This document shows positions 28,411-38,822 of a stretch of 64,000 nt of DNA, piece by piece (the stretch's first letter is position 1; each line of letters opens with the position of its first letter). The translations under genes and the position numbers were made by a program. Source of the stretch: Planctomycetota bacterium (GTDB lineage: Bacteria; Planctomycetota; Planctomycetia; Kolteriales; Kolteriaceae); the NCBI GenBank assembly GCA_046350335.1, contig JAXMAQ010000017.1:57165-121164 (forward strand). The letters run 5' to 3'. The notes under the pieces are model-generated. The model worked only from the letters and a program-made list of their open reading frames with translations, was not told the origin of the DNA and searched no databases.

Positions 28411-29841
28411 TGTCCGGCGTTTTTCCGGAGTCATGTCTCGGGAAGGCGAGCGCGCTTTGCCCGCATGGAGTGTGAAGAGCAAGCTGGCGAGCGCAATCAG
28501 GCCCACGGTTTGACCTGGCCGCAGACTCCACCGCCCCATCCCCGTCGCCTTGGGGAAGAGGTGGCAAAGGGCGCCCGTCATCAATAATGCGATTCCCATT
28601 TGCGGCACCATTTGATACCGCGACCAGTAGACCAGATCCCCGTAGTTCACCCACGTCCGAAACGGGATCGTCAGGGCATAAGACGCCAGAACAAACAAGC
28701 CGAACGGAAGCAGTCGCACGGCTTTGGGCCGAAGCCGAAGCAGCAGAACGAATGCGACCACGGGAATGGGGAATAATGCGACATAGTACCAGGTCGGTTC
28801 AGTCGTGACGTTCATCGTGCGAAAGATGCCCAGGTTTCGCAGAAATAGTAGGTCGACGGCGAACTGCATCGAGTAATAAATGCCGTTGAGATAATCGATG
28901 GTTTCGCCGAATGCCCTGCTTCCACCCACGACGTAATGGTTTGCCCCGCTGAATTGCAGCAATATTGGGACAATCAGCGACACGGCCAGGAGCGTGGAAA
29001 TCGTCGGGAGCGCCGACGCCAAGAGTCGCCGCGTAACGCCGTGAAGATTTCGTTTAAGCAGAACCCACACGGACGTCAGGGGACCCACGAGCAGACCCAT
29101 CGAGTAAGAAAATGGTGCCAGAAAACAGAGCCCAGAGGCGGCCAGGAAGCGCCACGGGCGCAGCGGAGCGCCAAAGTCGCCGACCAGAAGGAGCGACATC
29201 AAGAGGGCGATGGTGGCCGTCAGCCAAAGGGAAGCGGAATACCACTGAATGATCTCTCGCTGACAGGTGGTCAAGGCATAAAAGCCGACGGCGAGAAGCC
29301 CCGCGGCGTCGCTCTTCCATTCCCTGCGCGCGAAGAAGAAAAGCAGGATCAACGTGATCAGATAAAGCGGGATGACCACCAGGGAACAGACGAGGGGCCG
29401 GGTCGATTCATTACTGATCTGAACGCAAAGGAAACTGATGACTCGCGTCGGGATCACGAGGTGATCGTTGTACGGCATCCATAGATTGGAACGGGTCATT
29501 TCCCAGGTTGCCGACGCCCGGAGGTAGTCCTTGTCGTCATAGAGGATGTAGGGATTGAGCCATCGGTCGCGGAAGAGGATGAGCCAGAGGCAAAAGATGA
29601 CGGCGAACACCAGCCATGTTCGCCAAGGTCGCGCGGGGGTTGTTGGAGGTTCAGAAGGTAAAACGGGCTCATTCTCAGCCAGTATCCATGCCCGCGCGCT
29701 TTCGATTGCGAGGATCAAGCCCGCGATGGCCAATTCCACGAGCATCGCGCCATGAATCCTCTCGACCCGCGTCAACAGCCAAGGATTGAGCGCAACGACC
29801 ACGGTCGCGATGGCCGCGAGGTAAACGTAGAGTCTCGTCAT
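28330..29841 (-). CDS. Hypothetical polytopic membrane protein (about 12 TM, possible GT-C-like)
   Basis: 503 aa, highly hydrophobic with multiple TM segments and no clear motif. Its 3' end overlaps the convergent oxidoreductase by 80 nt. Confidence 0.55.
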   Translation of the reverse strand: MTRLYVYLAAIATVVVALNPWLLTRVERIHGAMLVELAIAGLILAIESARAWILAENEPVLPSEPPTTPARPWRTWLVFAVIFCLWLILFRDRWLNPYILYDDKDYLRASATWEMTRSNLWMPYNDHLVIPTRVISFLCVQISNESTRPLVCSLVVIPLYLITLILLFFFARREWKSDAAGLLAVGFYALTTCQREIIQWYSASLWLTATIALLMSLLLVGDFGAPLRPWRFLAASGLCFLAPFSYSMGLLVGPLTSVWVLLKRNLHGVTRRLLASALPTISTLLAVSLIVPILLQFSGANHYVVGGSRAFGETIDYLNGIYYSMQFAVDLLFLRNLGIFRTMNVTTEPTWYYVALFPIPVVAFVLLLRLRPKAVRLLPFGLFVLASYALTIPFRTWVNYGDLVYWSRYQMVPQMGIALLMTGALCHLFPKATGMGRWSLRPGQTVGLIALASLLFTLHAGKARSPSRDMTPEKRRTSSSLEVAERSMIGRAFRSQFDEADNL

Positions 29842-30060
29842 CTTCCGGTCGATCCCGTCCCTGCCTATCTGAAAAAACGCGCCAACCCCACCCGATGTGC
29901 GCCTGAAAGGCTTTCTACGCTAAGCCATTTCCCGGCGTTATTGGAGTCGGTAAGTGCGCGTTATTCTTCGAGATTTCCAGGCAGTTGGCTAGTCGCGGCA
30001 TCATGAATCGAGCCGCGAAGCCAATTGTACGACCGACGAAACAGAGTGGAGTTGGCGAGA

Positions 30061-31305
30061 TCAGGGATCGGGCAGGGCGTGACTGACGCCGAAGGCGATC
30101 CATCGCGCGGGAATGTCGCGTATGAAGGGAAGTCTTAAGAAAAAGGGTACTTTGAGCGTGGCATTGGGATCGAGCGAAGTTTTTACGATCCGATCTTGAA
30201 TGGCGGTCTGTAAGCGTTGGATTCGCTTGACGGCATATTCTCGCGCCTTTTGCACCTTCGCCAGGTCCGCTTCCTGGGCCGTCCCCTCGTGTATATCCCG
30301 CCAAAGCATGTTGGACGTGACGATGGCGTCCTGGATGGCAATGTTGATGCCCACGCCGCCGACGGGGGACATCGCATGTGCGGCATCACCGATGAACAGC
30401 AACCCTGGCTTGTGCCAGACGGGCAATCGGTTCGATTCGACCGAAAGGGGAGTAATGTGTTTCCAATCGTCGAGGAGTTGGACCCGATCGGCGAACTCGG
30501 GTGCAAGGACGACGATCGACCGTCTTAAAGCTTCGATCCCCTCGTTCTTGAGCTTGGGATAGTCTCCTTTCACGATGACATATCCCAATTGCCACTCGTC
30601 CCCACGATCGAGAACAATCAACATGTGACCGCCGGAGAGTCGAAAGATCTCGTCTTTGGGATCGGACTTTTTCGCGGGCAATCGGAACCAAAGCACGTCC
30701 ATGGGAGGGGAACTGGCGATGGTTTCGAATCCTGCGAGTTTCCGCATGCGGGAAGCTCGTCCGTCGCAGGCCACCGTGAGTCCCGCGCGCACTTCGCCTT
30801 GGCCATGGGACGTTTGAAAACGGACGCCTACGGCCGTGCCGTTCTCCTGGATCATGTCGGTGACGTTGGCTCCCATGAGGAGCTGGAACGTCGGGTATTT
30901 CGCGGCCTCCTTGGCGATAAACTCCAGAAACCGGGCTTGGGGCATGAGCGCAATGAAAGGGAACTTCGTATTGAGGCGCCTAAGGTCCGCGGCCTTGAAA
31001 GTTCCATTCGGCGATTTAAAGCCGATCGTTTCCATTTTCGAATGAGGAAGTTCGAGTAATTTGTCCGCCAGACCAAGGGTATCGAGTGCTTCGAGCGTCG
31101 ACGGATGGATCGTGTCGCCGCGGAAATCGCGGTCGAAATCCTTGTGACTTTCGAGCAATGCGACCCGCACGCCTTTCCTTGCGAGAAGCAGGGAAAGGAT
31201 CAGTCCCGCGGGTCCTCCGCCTACCACGCAGCATTCGGCATGTACCGTTTCGATGGGTTTCGTTTCCTTCCTTTGAACGACTTTCGCGGTCGAGGTCGCA
31301 GTCAT
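30061..31305 (-). CDS. FAD-dependent monooxygenase (UbiH/COQ6 family)
   Basis: VVGGGPAGLILSLLLARKGVRVALLE dinucleotide-binding motif and a GD…DAAH region are present. Start is placed at MTATSTAKV. Confidence 0.85.
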   Translation of the reverse strand: MTATSTAKVVQRKETKPIETVHAECCVVGGGPAGLILSLLLARKGVRVALLESHKDFDRDFRGDTIHPSTLEALDTLGLADKLLELPHSKMETIGFKSPNGTFKAADLRRLNTKFPFIALMPQARFLEFIAKEAAKYPTFQLLMGANVTDMIQENGTAVGVRFQTSHGQGEVRAGLTVACDGRASRMRKLAGFETIASSPPMDVLWFRLPAKKSDPKDEIFRLSGGHMLIVLDRGDEWQLGYVIVKGDYPKLKNEGIEALRRSIVVLAPEFADRVQLLDDWKHITPLSVESNRLPVWHKPGLLFIGDAAHAMSPVGGVGINIAIQDAIVTSNMLWRDIHEGTAQEADLAKVQKAREYAVKRIQRLQTAIQDRIVKTSLDPNATLKVPFFLRLPFIRDIPARWIAFGVSHALPDP

Positions 31306-31686
31306 CGATTCATTCCCGATATAGTGTAACCCTTTTTTGTCTGTTCCGAGCGTGGGCCTCGCCAACGTCCCGAAAATGGCGCACGACGGACCAAGAGATG
31401 GCAAGGCTGCGAAACCACTACCTGGAAACTACTTCATGAAATGGGAGTTTCCAAACCCGCCACGGTTTTCGACCACCGTTCGCTTTCCCCCGGAGAGGAG
31501 CCCGGGGGTCGGCAACTTCGGTTACGACTGGCGCGGGTTGCCGCATCATTCGCGGTGGAGTAATGATCCCGTGACAGGTAAAGCGACCATCGAGGCCCCC
31601 TCTGGAATCCGTTCGGTTCCGAGGTTCCAATACGGCTGTAAGAAAAGTCGTCTTTCGACACTAATGGGGAAAAAAGGGACGATTTA

Positions 31687-32208
31687 TTGGGCATCGCGGA
31701 TCACGAACTTCGGTTTCGGCAATGGCTCAGCGAGCATAAAGGCTTGCTGATCAAGGTCGTACGTTCCTTTGCCGAGGATCAAGCCGATCAGGATGACCTT
31801 TTTCAGGAAATCGTGCTTCAGGTCTGGTTGTCTTTGCCCCGATTTCGGAACGATTCCAAGCCGACGACTTGGCTGTATCGGGTCGCGCTCAACACCGCGT
31901 TGGCGTGGAAACGTGGCGAGCGGAAGCATCGTGGCCGGCATGGCTCTCATCCCATGAACGATCTTGCCGTCCCAAAAACGTCTTCCAGCGATGCCGCGGA
32001 AAATGGTGAAGTCGTCGATCAGCTATATGCCGCGATTCGCGCGCTACCCGTTGCCAAGCGAGCCCTGGTGGTCCTCTACCTGGACGGCTTTACGTATCGT
32101 GAGATTTCGGAAGTGGTCGGAATGTCGGAAAGCAACGTCGGCGTTAGCCTCAGCAGGATCAAACGCGAGCTCGCATCGGCAATCAAGGAGCCTGGGAATG
32201 GATCCTGA
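31687..32208 (+). CDS. RNA polymerase sigma-70 factor, ECF subfamily
   Basis: Region 2 (DLFQEIVLQVWLSL…YRVALN) and region 4 (YREISEVVGMSESNVGVSLSRIKREL) are present. Confidence 0.85.
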   Translation: MGIADHELRFRQWLSEHKGLLIKVVRSFAEDQADQDDLFQEIVLQVWLSLPRFRNDSKPTTWLYRVALNTALAWKRGERKHRGRHGSHPMNDLAVPKTSSSDAAENGEVVDQLYAAIRALPVAKRALVVLYLDGFTYREISEVVGMSESNVGVSLSRIKRELASAIKEPGNGS

Positions 32209-32815
32209 AAAAATGCGCCAGGCTTGGCAGTCGCAATCCTGCGGCACGATCGGAGACAATCCCGATCAGTTGCTCAAGGTGGTGCGCTGGGAACGGCTCG
32301 CGCAGTTTTGCGTCGACATCGGCATGATCGCCTTTTTCTTTTGTGTCTCGGTTTGGATGTGCGAGAGGGCGTTTCGAGACATTCGGCAATACTGGCCGTG
32401 GTTGATCTCGGCATTGGGTAGCGGATGGGTGGTGGGGTACATCACGTTCAACCTCTGGCTCCGACAACGTCATGCCGCCCGTTTCGACGATCCGCTGCTC
32501 GCTCATGTCGAGTGGTCGATCAAAGACATCGAACATCAAATGTGGCTCGATCGTTGGTCGCCGTGTTGGTACATCCTGCCCCTTGCCTTGGGATGCATGC
32601 TTCCACCGATCCTGTTTTTCGCAATGGAATATGGCGAACGCCCTGTATGGGAAGGTCTCTTGCCATTGTTGGGCACGGAATTTGTCTTTGTTTTTACGTT
32701 CCTTTTTGTTTATCTCGTCATGCAATTCGGCGTGCGCCATGCAAACGAGAAACGATACCGAGAATTACAGTCGCTTAGGTCGCTTCGCGAAAACCTATCC
32801 AATGCTTCGGAGTAA
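32198..32815 (+). CDS. Putative anti-sigma factor / membrane protein
   Basis: Start overlaps the sigma-factor stop. Multi-TM protein immediately downstream of the ECF sigma gene. Confidence 0.5.
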   Translation: MDPEKMRQAWQSQSCGTIGDNPDQLLKVVRWERLAQFCVDIGMIAFFFCVSVWMCERAFRDIRQYWPWLISALGSGWVVGYITFNLWLRQRHAARFDDPLLAHVEWSIKDIEHQMWLDRWSPCWYILPLALGCMLPPILFFAMEYGERPVWEGLLPLLGTEFVFVFTFLFVYLVMQFGVRHANEKRYRELQSLRSLRENLSNASE

Positions 32816-32819
32816 TCCC

Positions 32820-33935
32820 ATGCACATGAATTTAGCGTTCGCCGCGATAAGCATTGGGATCTCGTTACTCTCCCTCCCTCCATCGCCGCCGAAAGACGTT
32901 ACTTCGCTCCTCGTCCCAGTCATCGAAAAGCATGACGTACCCGGCATGGCGGCGGCGGTCATCCAAGGTGGTGAAATCGTTGCCATCGGGGTCGCCGGCG
33001 TTCGGTCTCGCGGCAAGCTCGAAAAAGTCGCGGTCACTGACCGATTTCATCTCGGTTCCGACACCAAAGCAATGACCGCCATGCTCTGCGGCATCCTCGT
33101 GGATGAAGGAAAACTGCGCTGGGATCAGAACCTCGGCGAGACTTTTCCCGAATGGAAGAAAACCATGAACCCTCAGTACGCGAGCGTCACGCTCGAACAG
33201 CTTCTCACCAACCGAAGCGGCGCTCCAAGCGACCTCGAAAAAGATGGCCTTTGGGACAAACTTTGGCGTCATAAAGGGACCCCTACAAATGCGCGCCGGC
33301 TTCTCGTCGAAGGGGTTGTTTCCCAACCGCCGGAGTCCAAACCCGGCGAGAAGTACCTCTACTCCAACGCGGGTTTCTCCATTGCCGGATACATGGCCGA
33401 GAAATGTACCGGTAAATCGTGGGAAGTCTTAATGCGTGAAAGGCTCTTCCTACCGCTCGGCATGACTACCGCCGGCTTCGGAGCGCCGGGTGCGCGAGCC
33501 AAAAACGATCAGCCACGTGGCCATAAAGCGGACGGGTCCCCGGTCGAACCGGGCCCAGGTGCCGACAATCCGGTCGCGATCGGACCTGCCGGCATCGTTC
33601 ACTGCTCGATCGGTGACTGGTCCAAGTTCGTCGCGGCCAATCTACCTTCAACCAAAACGAAACTCGTCACGGCCGAGACGCTTGAGAAACTCCACACCCC
33701 CGCGCCGGGCAAGCCGAAATACGCCATGGGCTGGCTCATTGCCGACGGCCAGCCCTGGGCGGGTGGACCAGCGTTCACTCATGCCGGCAGTAACACCATG
33801 TGGTACGCCGTCGCCTGGATTGCCCCGGCGAAAGACTTTGCCGTCCTCGTCACCTGCAATCAGGCGAGCGACAAAGCCTGTAACGATGCCGTGCTAGCCC
33901 TCATCATCGATCATTTCCGGTCCGAGAAGCCTTAG
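32820..33935 (+). CDS. Serine hydrolase, class C beta-lactamase/PBP family
   Basis: Signal peptide and an SxxK motif (LGSDTKAM) are present; YSN-like and later motifs fit the beta-lactamase/transpeptidase fold. Alternative starts lie at 32802 and 32826. Confidence 0.8.
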   Translation: MHMNLAFAAISIGISLLSLPPSPPKDVTSLLVPVIEKHDVPGMAAAVIQGGEIVAIGVAGVRSRGKLEKVAVTDRFHLGSDTKAMTAMLCGILVDEGKLRWDQNLGETFPEWKKTMNPQYASVTLEQLLTNRSGAPSDLEKDGLWDKLWRHKGTPTNARRLLVEGVVSQPPESKPGEKYLYSNAGFSIAGYMAEKCTGKSWEVLMRERLFLPLGMTTAGFGAPGARAKNDQPRGHKADGSPVEPGPGADNPVAIGPAGIVHCSIGDWSKFVAANLPSTKTKLVTAETLEKLHTPAPGKPKYAMGWLIADGQPWAGGPAFTHAGSNTMWYAVAWIAPAKDFAVLVTCNQASDKACNDAVLALIIDHFRSEKP

Positions 33936-34182
33936 CCCAATCTCCGTGGGCGCGCCTCCACGGTGTCCGGGCCAGGGATGCAGGATCCCTCTTGGCGCAA
34001 CGGCACGAGATCCCAGGATTTGCCATGACTTGGGCCTGGGGATTTGGGTAGAATAAATGCGAAGGTCAGCCACGCTCTCCAATGCCAGGGATGAGCATGC
34101 GTTTCGTTTGTTCCTGGCCCCCGCCCAGCGGGACGATGCATCTTGGACTTTCCACGCGGTTCTCCAAAGGTTGGATCCATTG

Positions 34183-37100
34183 ATGGCAGCCCTGTTCCCT
34201 AGCAAACGGAATTCTCGGGAGACATTGGCCACGCACAAAAGTGGCGCGGGGTTACTCCGCCCCTTTTGTTCCGTCGTCCCCCTTCTGCTGCTGGGCTGGG
34301 GATCGGTTCCCAGATCTGCTCATGCAGAGCCAAACGCGGATTACGAACGGGAAGTGCGGCCGATCTTCGTTCAACGATGCATTCAATGCCATGGACCGAC
34401 GAAGCAGAGCGGCGGTTTACGGTTGGACGGCATCGAATCGATTCGGACCGGTGGCGACAGTGGGCCAGCCGTCCAGAACGAAAAGCCGGAAGCGAGTCTA
34501 TTGCTCCGTGCCGTGCGTCAAGAGGACGACGTGTCGGCAATGCCTCCAGAAGGGGAGGCTTTGTCCACGGAAATCGCTTTTGACTCGGTGGATCGAGGCT
34601 GGCCTGCCGGGAACGGATGGCGGTGCCTCGAAAAAGGTGTCGAGTGATCACTGGTCGTTCCAGCCCGTGAAACGTCTGGCGATGCCCGAAGTTCGAAATC
34701 CATCGTGGTTCGCCATCCGATCGATTCCTTTATCCTTGCCAAGTTGGAGAAAGAAGGGATTTCGCCGGCCCGCGAAGCGAGCAAAGAGACCCTCATTCGA
34801 CGTCTGAGTCTCGATCTGGTGGGTTTGCCGCCGACTCCGGAAGAAGTGGAAGCGTTTTTGCTCGACAATCGGCCGGACGCCTACGAACACCTGGTCGAGC
34901 GCTTGCTCGCCTCGCCGCATTACGGAGAACGCTGGGGCCGATTCTGGCTCGACATGGCTCGTTATGCCGACTCGAATGGCTACACGATTGACGGGCCCCG
35001 CGAGATTTGGAAGTATCGCGATTGGGTAATTGAGGCTCTCAACCAGGACATGTCGTTCCGCCAATTCACCATCGAGCAGCTCGCCGGCGACCTGCTGCCC
35101 GATGCCACGCTCGCGCAGCGGATCGCGACCGGTTTTCATCGCAATACGATGATCAATGAAGAGGGTGGAACGGACGATGAGCAGTTTCGCGTCGAAGCGG
35201 TTGTCGATCGCGTGTCCACGACGGGCGAGGTTTTTCTCGGGTTGACGCTCGGGTGCGCCCAATGCCATAGCCATAAGTTCGATCCGATCACACACAAGGA
35301 GTTCTACCAGTTCTTCGCGTTTTTCAACAACTGCGACGAACCGTCTCTCGAAGTCCCGACGCCGGAACAGGAGAAGATACTCGCTCGCGTTCGGGGGGAA
35401 GTTTCCAAACTCGAAGCACAAATCAAAACTCGCGAGGAGGAACTCGCGAAATCGCACGAGGCTTGGTTGAGTGACTTGCAGTCGTCCTGGGATCGTTGGA
35501 TCGACGTCATCCCCTCGAGCGCTCTTTCCGAGGGAGGGGCCACGCTTGCCGTCCAGTCGGATCGCTCGGTTTTGGCGGGCGGCGTTAACGCCAAGCAGGA
35601 CGTCTATACCGTGGTGGCGAACACCGAACTGACGGATATCGTCGGATTTCGCCTGGAGGTATTGATCGACGATTCGCTGCCGTCGAAAGGGCCCGGCAGG
35701 GCGAGCAATGGCAATTTCGTGCTCGGCGAGTTTTCCGTCGCCGTGACCCCACTCGGAGACCCGACGGGGAAGAAGGTCATTCCGCTAAAATCCGCGGTCG
35801 CGGACCATTCCCAGCCGCAATACCCGATCGAAAACGCCATCGATGGCAACGACAAAACCGGCTGGGCCATCAATACCGCGGACAAAAAAGGGGCGAATGT
35901 CCCTCGCGTGGCTCTTTTTCTGACAAAAGAGCCGGTTGGTTATCCTCAAGGCGCCACATTGATCTTTACCTTGTCGCAGCAAGCGGTGGAGAGCTACAAC
36001 CTCGGCCGTTTTCGCATTTCGCTAACTCGAAAAGGTGGCGAGGCTCCTAAACTCGTTCCCAATACCTTGGTCAATATTTTGAAAACCCCTGCGGATCAGC
36101 GAACGGAGGATCAAAAGAAAGAGCTTCGCGATCGCCAATTCGACGAGGACGGGAGGCGTCGAAGGTTGGAGAAGCAAATAGCCGTTCTCAAGAAGCAGAT
36201 TCCAGGAATTCCCAAAACAATGGTGCTGGCGGAGCGTAAAGAAGTTCGGGACACGTTCGTGCACATTCGTGGAGACTTCCTTCGCAAAGGGGCAAGGGTC
36301 GAGCCGGGCGTCCCCGCCGTCCTCCCTTCGCTGAAGACCGCAGGCCGGCCCGGTCGCCTCGATCTCGCCCAATGGTTGACGTCGCCGGAAAATCCATTGA
36401 CCTCCCGCGTGATCGTCAATCGCGTTTGGCAGCAGTATTTCGGCAGGGGAATCGTCGAGACCGACAACGATTTCGGAACTCAGGGGACGCCGCCGTCCCA
36501 TCCGGAACTGCTCGACTGGCTTGCCAGTGAATTTGTCGAAAAAGGTTGGAGCTTGAAGCAATTGCATCGGTGGATCGTTTATTCCGCGACTTACCGCCAA
36601 TCCTCCGATGCCCGCCCGGAGCTCAAGGAGGTCGATGCCCGGAACGTGTGGCTCGCGCGTCAGAATCGTCTCAGGCTCGATGCCGAGGTGATTCGCGATG
36701 CGGCGCTCGCCGTGAGCGGTCGGCTTTCGAGAAAGATTGGCGGGCCTAGCGTATTTCCTCATCAGCCGGACGGTGTCATGGCCTTGGCACAGGTCAACCG
36801 TCCTTGGAAAGTAAGCGATGGAGAAGATAAGTATCGCAGGGGTCTCTACACCTACTTTTGGCGCTCCACGCCCCATCCGTTTCTCAAGGTCTTCGATTCC
36901 CCCGATGCGCAGAGAGCGTGTACCCGGCGTTCGCGATCGAACACGCCCCTGCAGTCGTTGACCTTGCTCAACGACGCGGCGTTCATGGATTGCGCAAGCG
37001 CCTTGGCGGAGCGTATTCCGAGGGAATGCAACGGCGACGACTCGGCACGCATGCGCTATGCCTTTCGGCTCGCCATGGCTCGCGAGCCGTTACGGGAGGA

Positions 37101-37329
37101 GTTCGAAACGCTGATGACGTTCCTCCATCAGCAAAAAGCCGACTCGACTGAAGGTTCGGATTTCGCTCGGAAAGAGGATCCAGAGATCGTCGGCACGGGA
37201 AGCGAGGCCGGGGTCGCGGTTTCTCCGGGCGCGTCGGAAAGGGAGTCCGAGGAAGTAACGCGAACCCGTGCGTGGACCGCGGTGGCCCGCGTGCTCCTCA
37301 ACCTCGATGAGTTCATTACCCGGGAGTAG
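34183..37329 (+). CDS. PSCyt1 cytochrome c / DUF1549 / DUF1553 protein, with two compensating frameshifts near the 5' end
   Basis: Signal peptide then CIQCHGP…MPPEGEALS (PSCyt1) in frame 1. HWSFQPVKRLAMPEVRNPSW is in frame 2 (34582-34708). VRHPIDSFILAKLEKEG… through the C-terminus is back in frame 1 (ORF 34705-37329). The shifts fall at a T4 run (34578-34581) and near 34706-34708. Confidence 0.75.
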
Positions 37330-37337
37330 TCGAGCCG

Positions 37338-38783
37338 ATGAAAGATCCCACGATTTCGCCAGAGTTGCTCGCGACCCGACGGCATTTTTTTGGTCAGTGC
37401 GCTCTTGGCCTGGGGGCCATCGCGTTCAATAGCATGTACGCGACGGGGGAGATCCAAGGGGCGCCTTCCTCGACAAAAGAGGAACCCTTGTCGCCGCGGC
37501 CGCCACATTTCGCCCCCAAAGCCAAACGGGTGATTTACCTCTTTATGGCCGGCGGTCCTAGCCAGATCGATCTCTTTGATCCCAAGCCGAAGCTGGCCGA
37601 ACTCTCTGGTCAGATCGTTCCCGAATCGTTCACGAAGGAGAAACGTTTCGCGTTCATCGGCAAGGACGCAAAACTTCTCGGTAGCAAGCGTGAGTTCAAG
37701 AAGTATGGTCCTTCGGGAATGGAGATTTCCAACCTCCTTCCTCATCTTGCCTCAATTGCCGACCAGGTGACCTTCATTCGGTCCATGAAGACGGACGTGT
37801 TCAACCACGGTCCGGCAAAATGTTTCATCAACACCGGCTCCCCCGTCTTCGGTCGACCGAGCATGGGGGCGTGGGTGACCTACGGCATCGGAAGCGAGTC
37901 CCGCGATCTTCCCGGCTTCGTCGTGCTCAATTCCGGCCCGCGTGGGCCACGTGGCGGAACCTCGCTGTACGCCAGTGGGTTTCTACCGACCACCTACCAA
38001 GGGGTCCCACTCCGATCTAGTGGCGAGCCAATCCTCAATCTCACCAATCCGCCTGGAGTAACTGGCCAGCAGCAGCGGCAAGTGATCGACACGGTCAATC
38101 GACTAAATGCAACGCACTATGCGACCACGGGAGATGACGAGATTGCCACCAGAATCTCCGCGTATGAAATGGCGTTTCGCATGCAGACGAGCGCCCCGGA
38201 CCTGATCGATCTGACCGGAGAAAGCAAAGCGACGCTCGATCTTTATGGCGTCGATCCCGACAAGCCTTCCTTTGCGCGCAATTGCCTGTTGGCGCGCCGG
38301 CTGGTGGAGAGGGGCGTCCGGTTCGTGCAGCTGTATCACACCGATTGGGACCATCACGGCGACGCGACGAACAACCTCGCCGAGGCACTCGAGGCACGCT
38401 GCAAGGAGACGGATCAAGCGTCCGCCGCTCTCGTCAAGGACCTCGCAAGCCGAGGACTCCTCGACGACACCTTGGTCGTCTGGGGTGGTGAATTCGGACG
38501 AACGCCGATGGGTGAAAACCGAGACACCATCGGCAGGGATCATCACATCGACGCCTTTACCGTCTGGCTTGCCGGTGGGGGCGTGAAGCCTGGCTTGGCA
38601 ATCGGCAAGACCGACGACCTCGGGTTCTATGTCGAGGAAGATCCCGTTCACGTTCATGATCTACAGGCGACGATCCTCCACCTACTTGGACTGGACCACA
38701 AGCGATTGACGTTCCGATTCCAGGGTCGCGACTATCGCCTTACCGACGTACATGGCGACGTCGTGCAAAAGATCCTGGCGTAG
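37338..38783 (+). CDS. DUF1501-family protein (Tat-secreted, sulfatase-like)
   Basis: Twin-arginine motif TRRHFFGQCALGLGAIAF and …GRDHH…GGGVKPG… are present. This is the canonical partner directly downstream of the PSCyt/DUF1549/DUF1553 gene. Confidence 0.9.
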   Translation: MKDPTISPELLATRRHFFGQCALGLGAIAFNSMYATGEIQGAPSSTKEEPLSPRPPHFAPKAKRVIYLFMAGGPSQIDLFDPKPKLAELSGQIVPESFTKEKRFAFIGKDAKLLGSKREFKKYGPSGMEISNLLPHLASIADQVTFIRSMKTDVFNHGPAKCFINTGSPVFGRPSMGAWVTYGIGSESRDLPGFVVLNSGPRGPRGGTSLYASGFLPTTYQGVPLRSSGEPILNLTNPPGVTGQQQRQVIDTVNRLNATHYATTGDDEIATRISAYEMAFRMQTSAPDLIDLTGESKATLDLYGVDPDKPSFARNCLLARRLVERGVRFVQLYHTDWDHHGDATNNLAEALEARCKETDQASAALVKDLASRGLLDDTLVVWGGEFGRTPMGENRDTIGRDHHIDAFTVWLAGGGVKPGLAIGKTDDLGFYVEEDPVHVHDLQATILHLLGLDHKRLTFRFQGRDYRLTDVHGDVVQKILA

Positions 38784-38822
38784 AGACCTCGATATCGTCA
38801 ATCCGGATTCGCTCGCCTGCCT

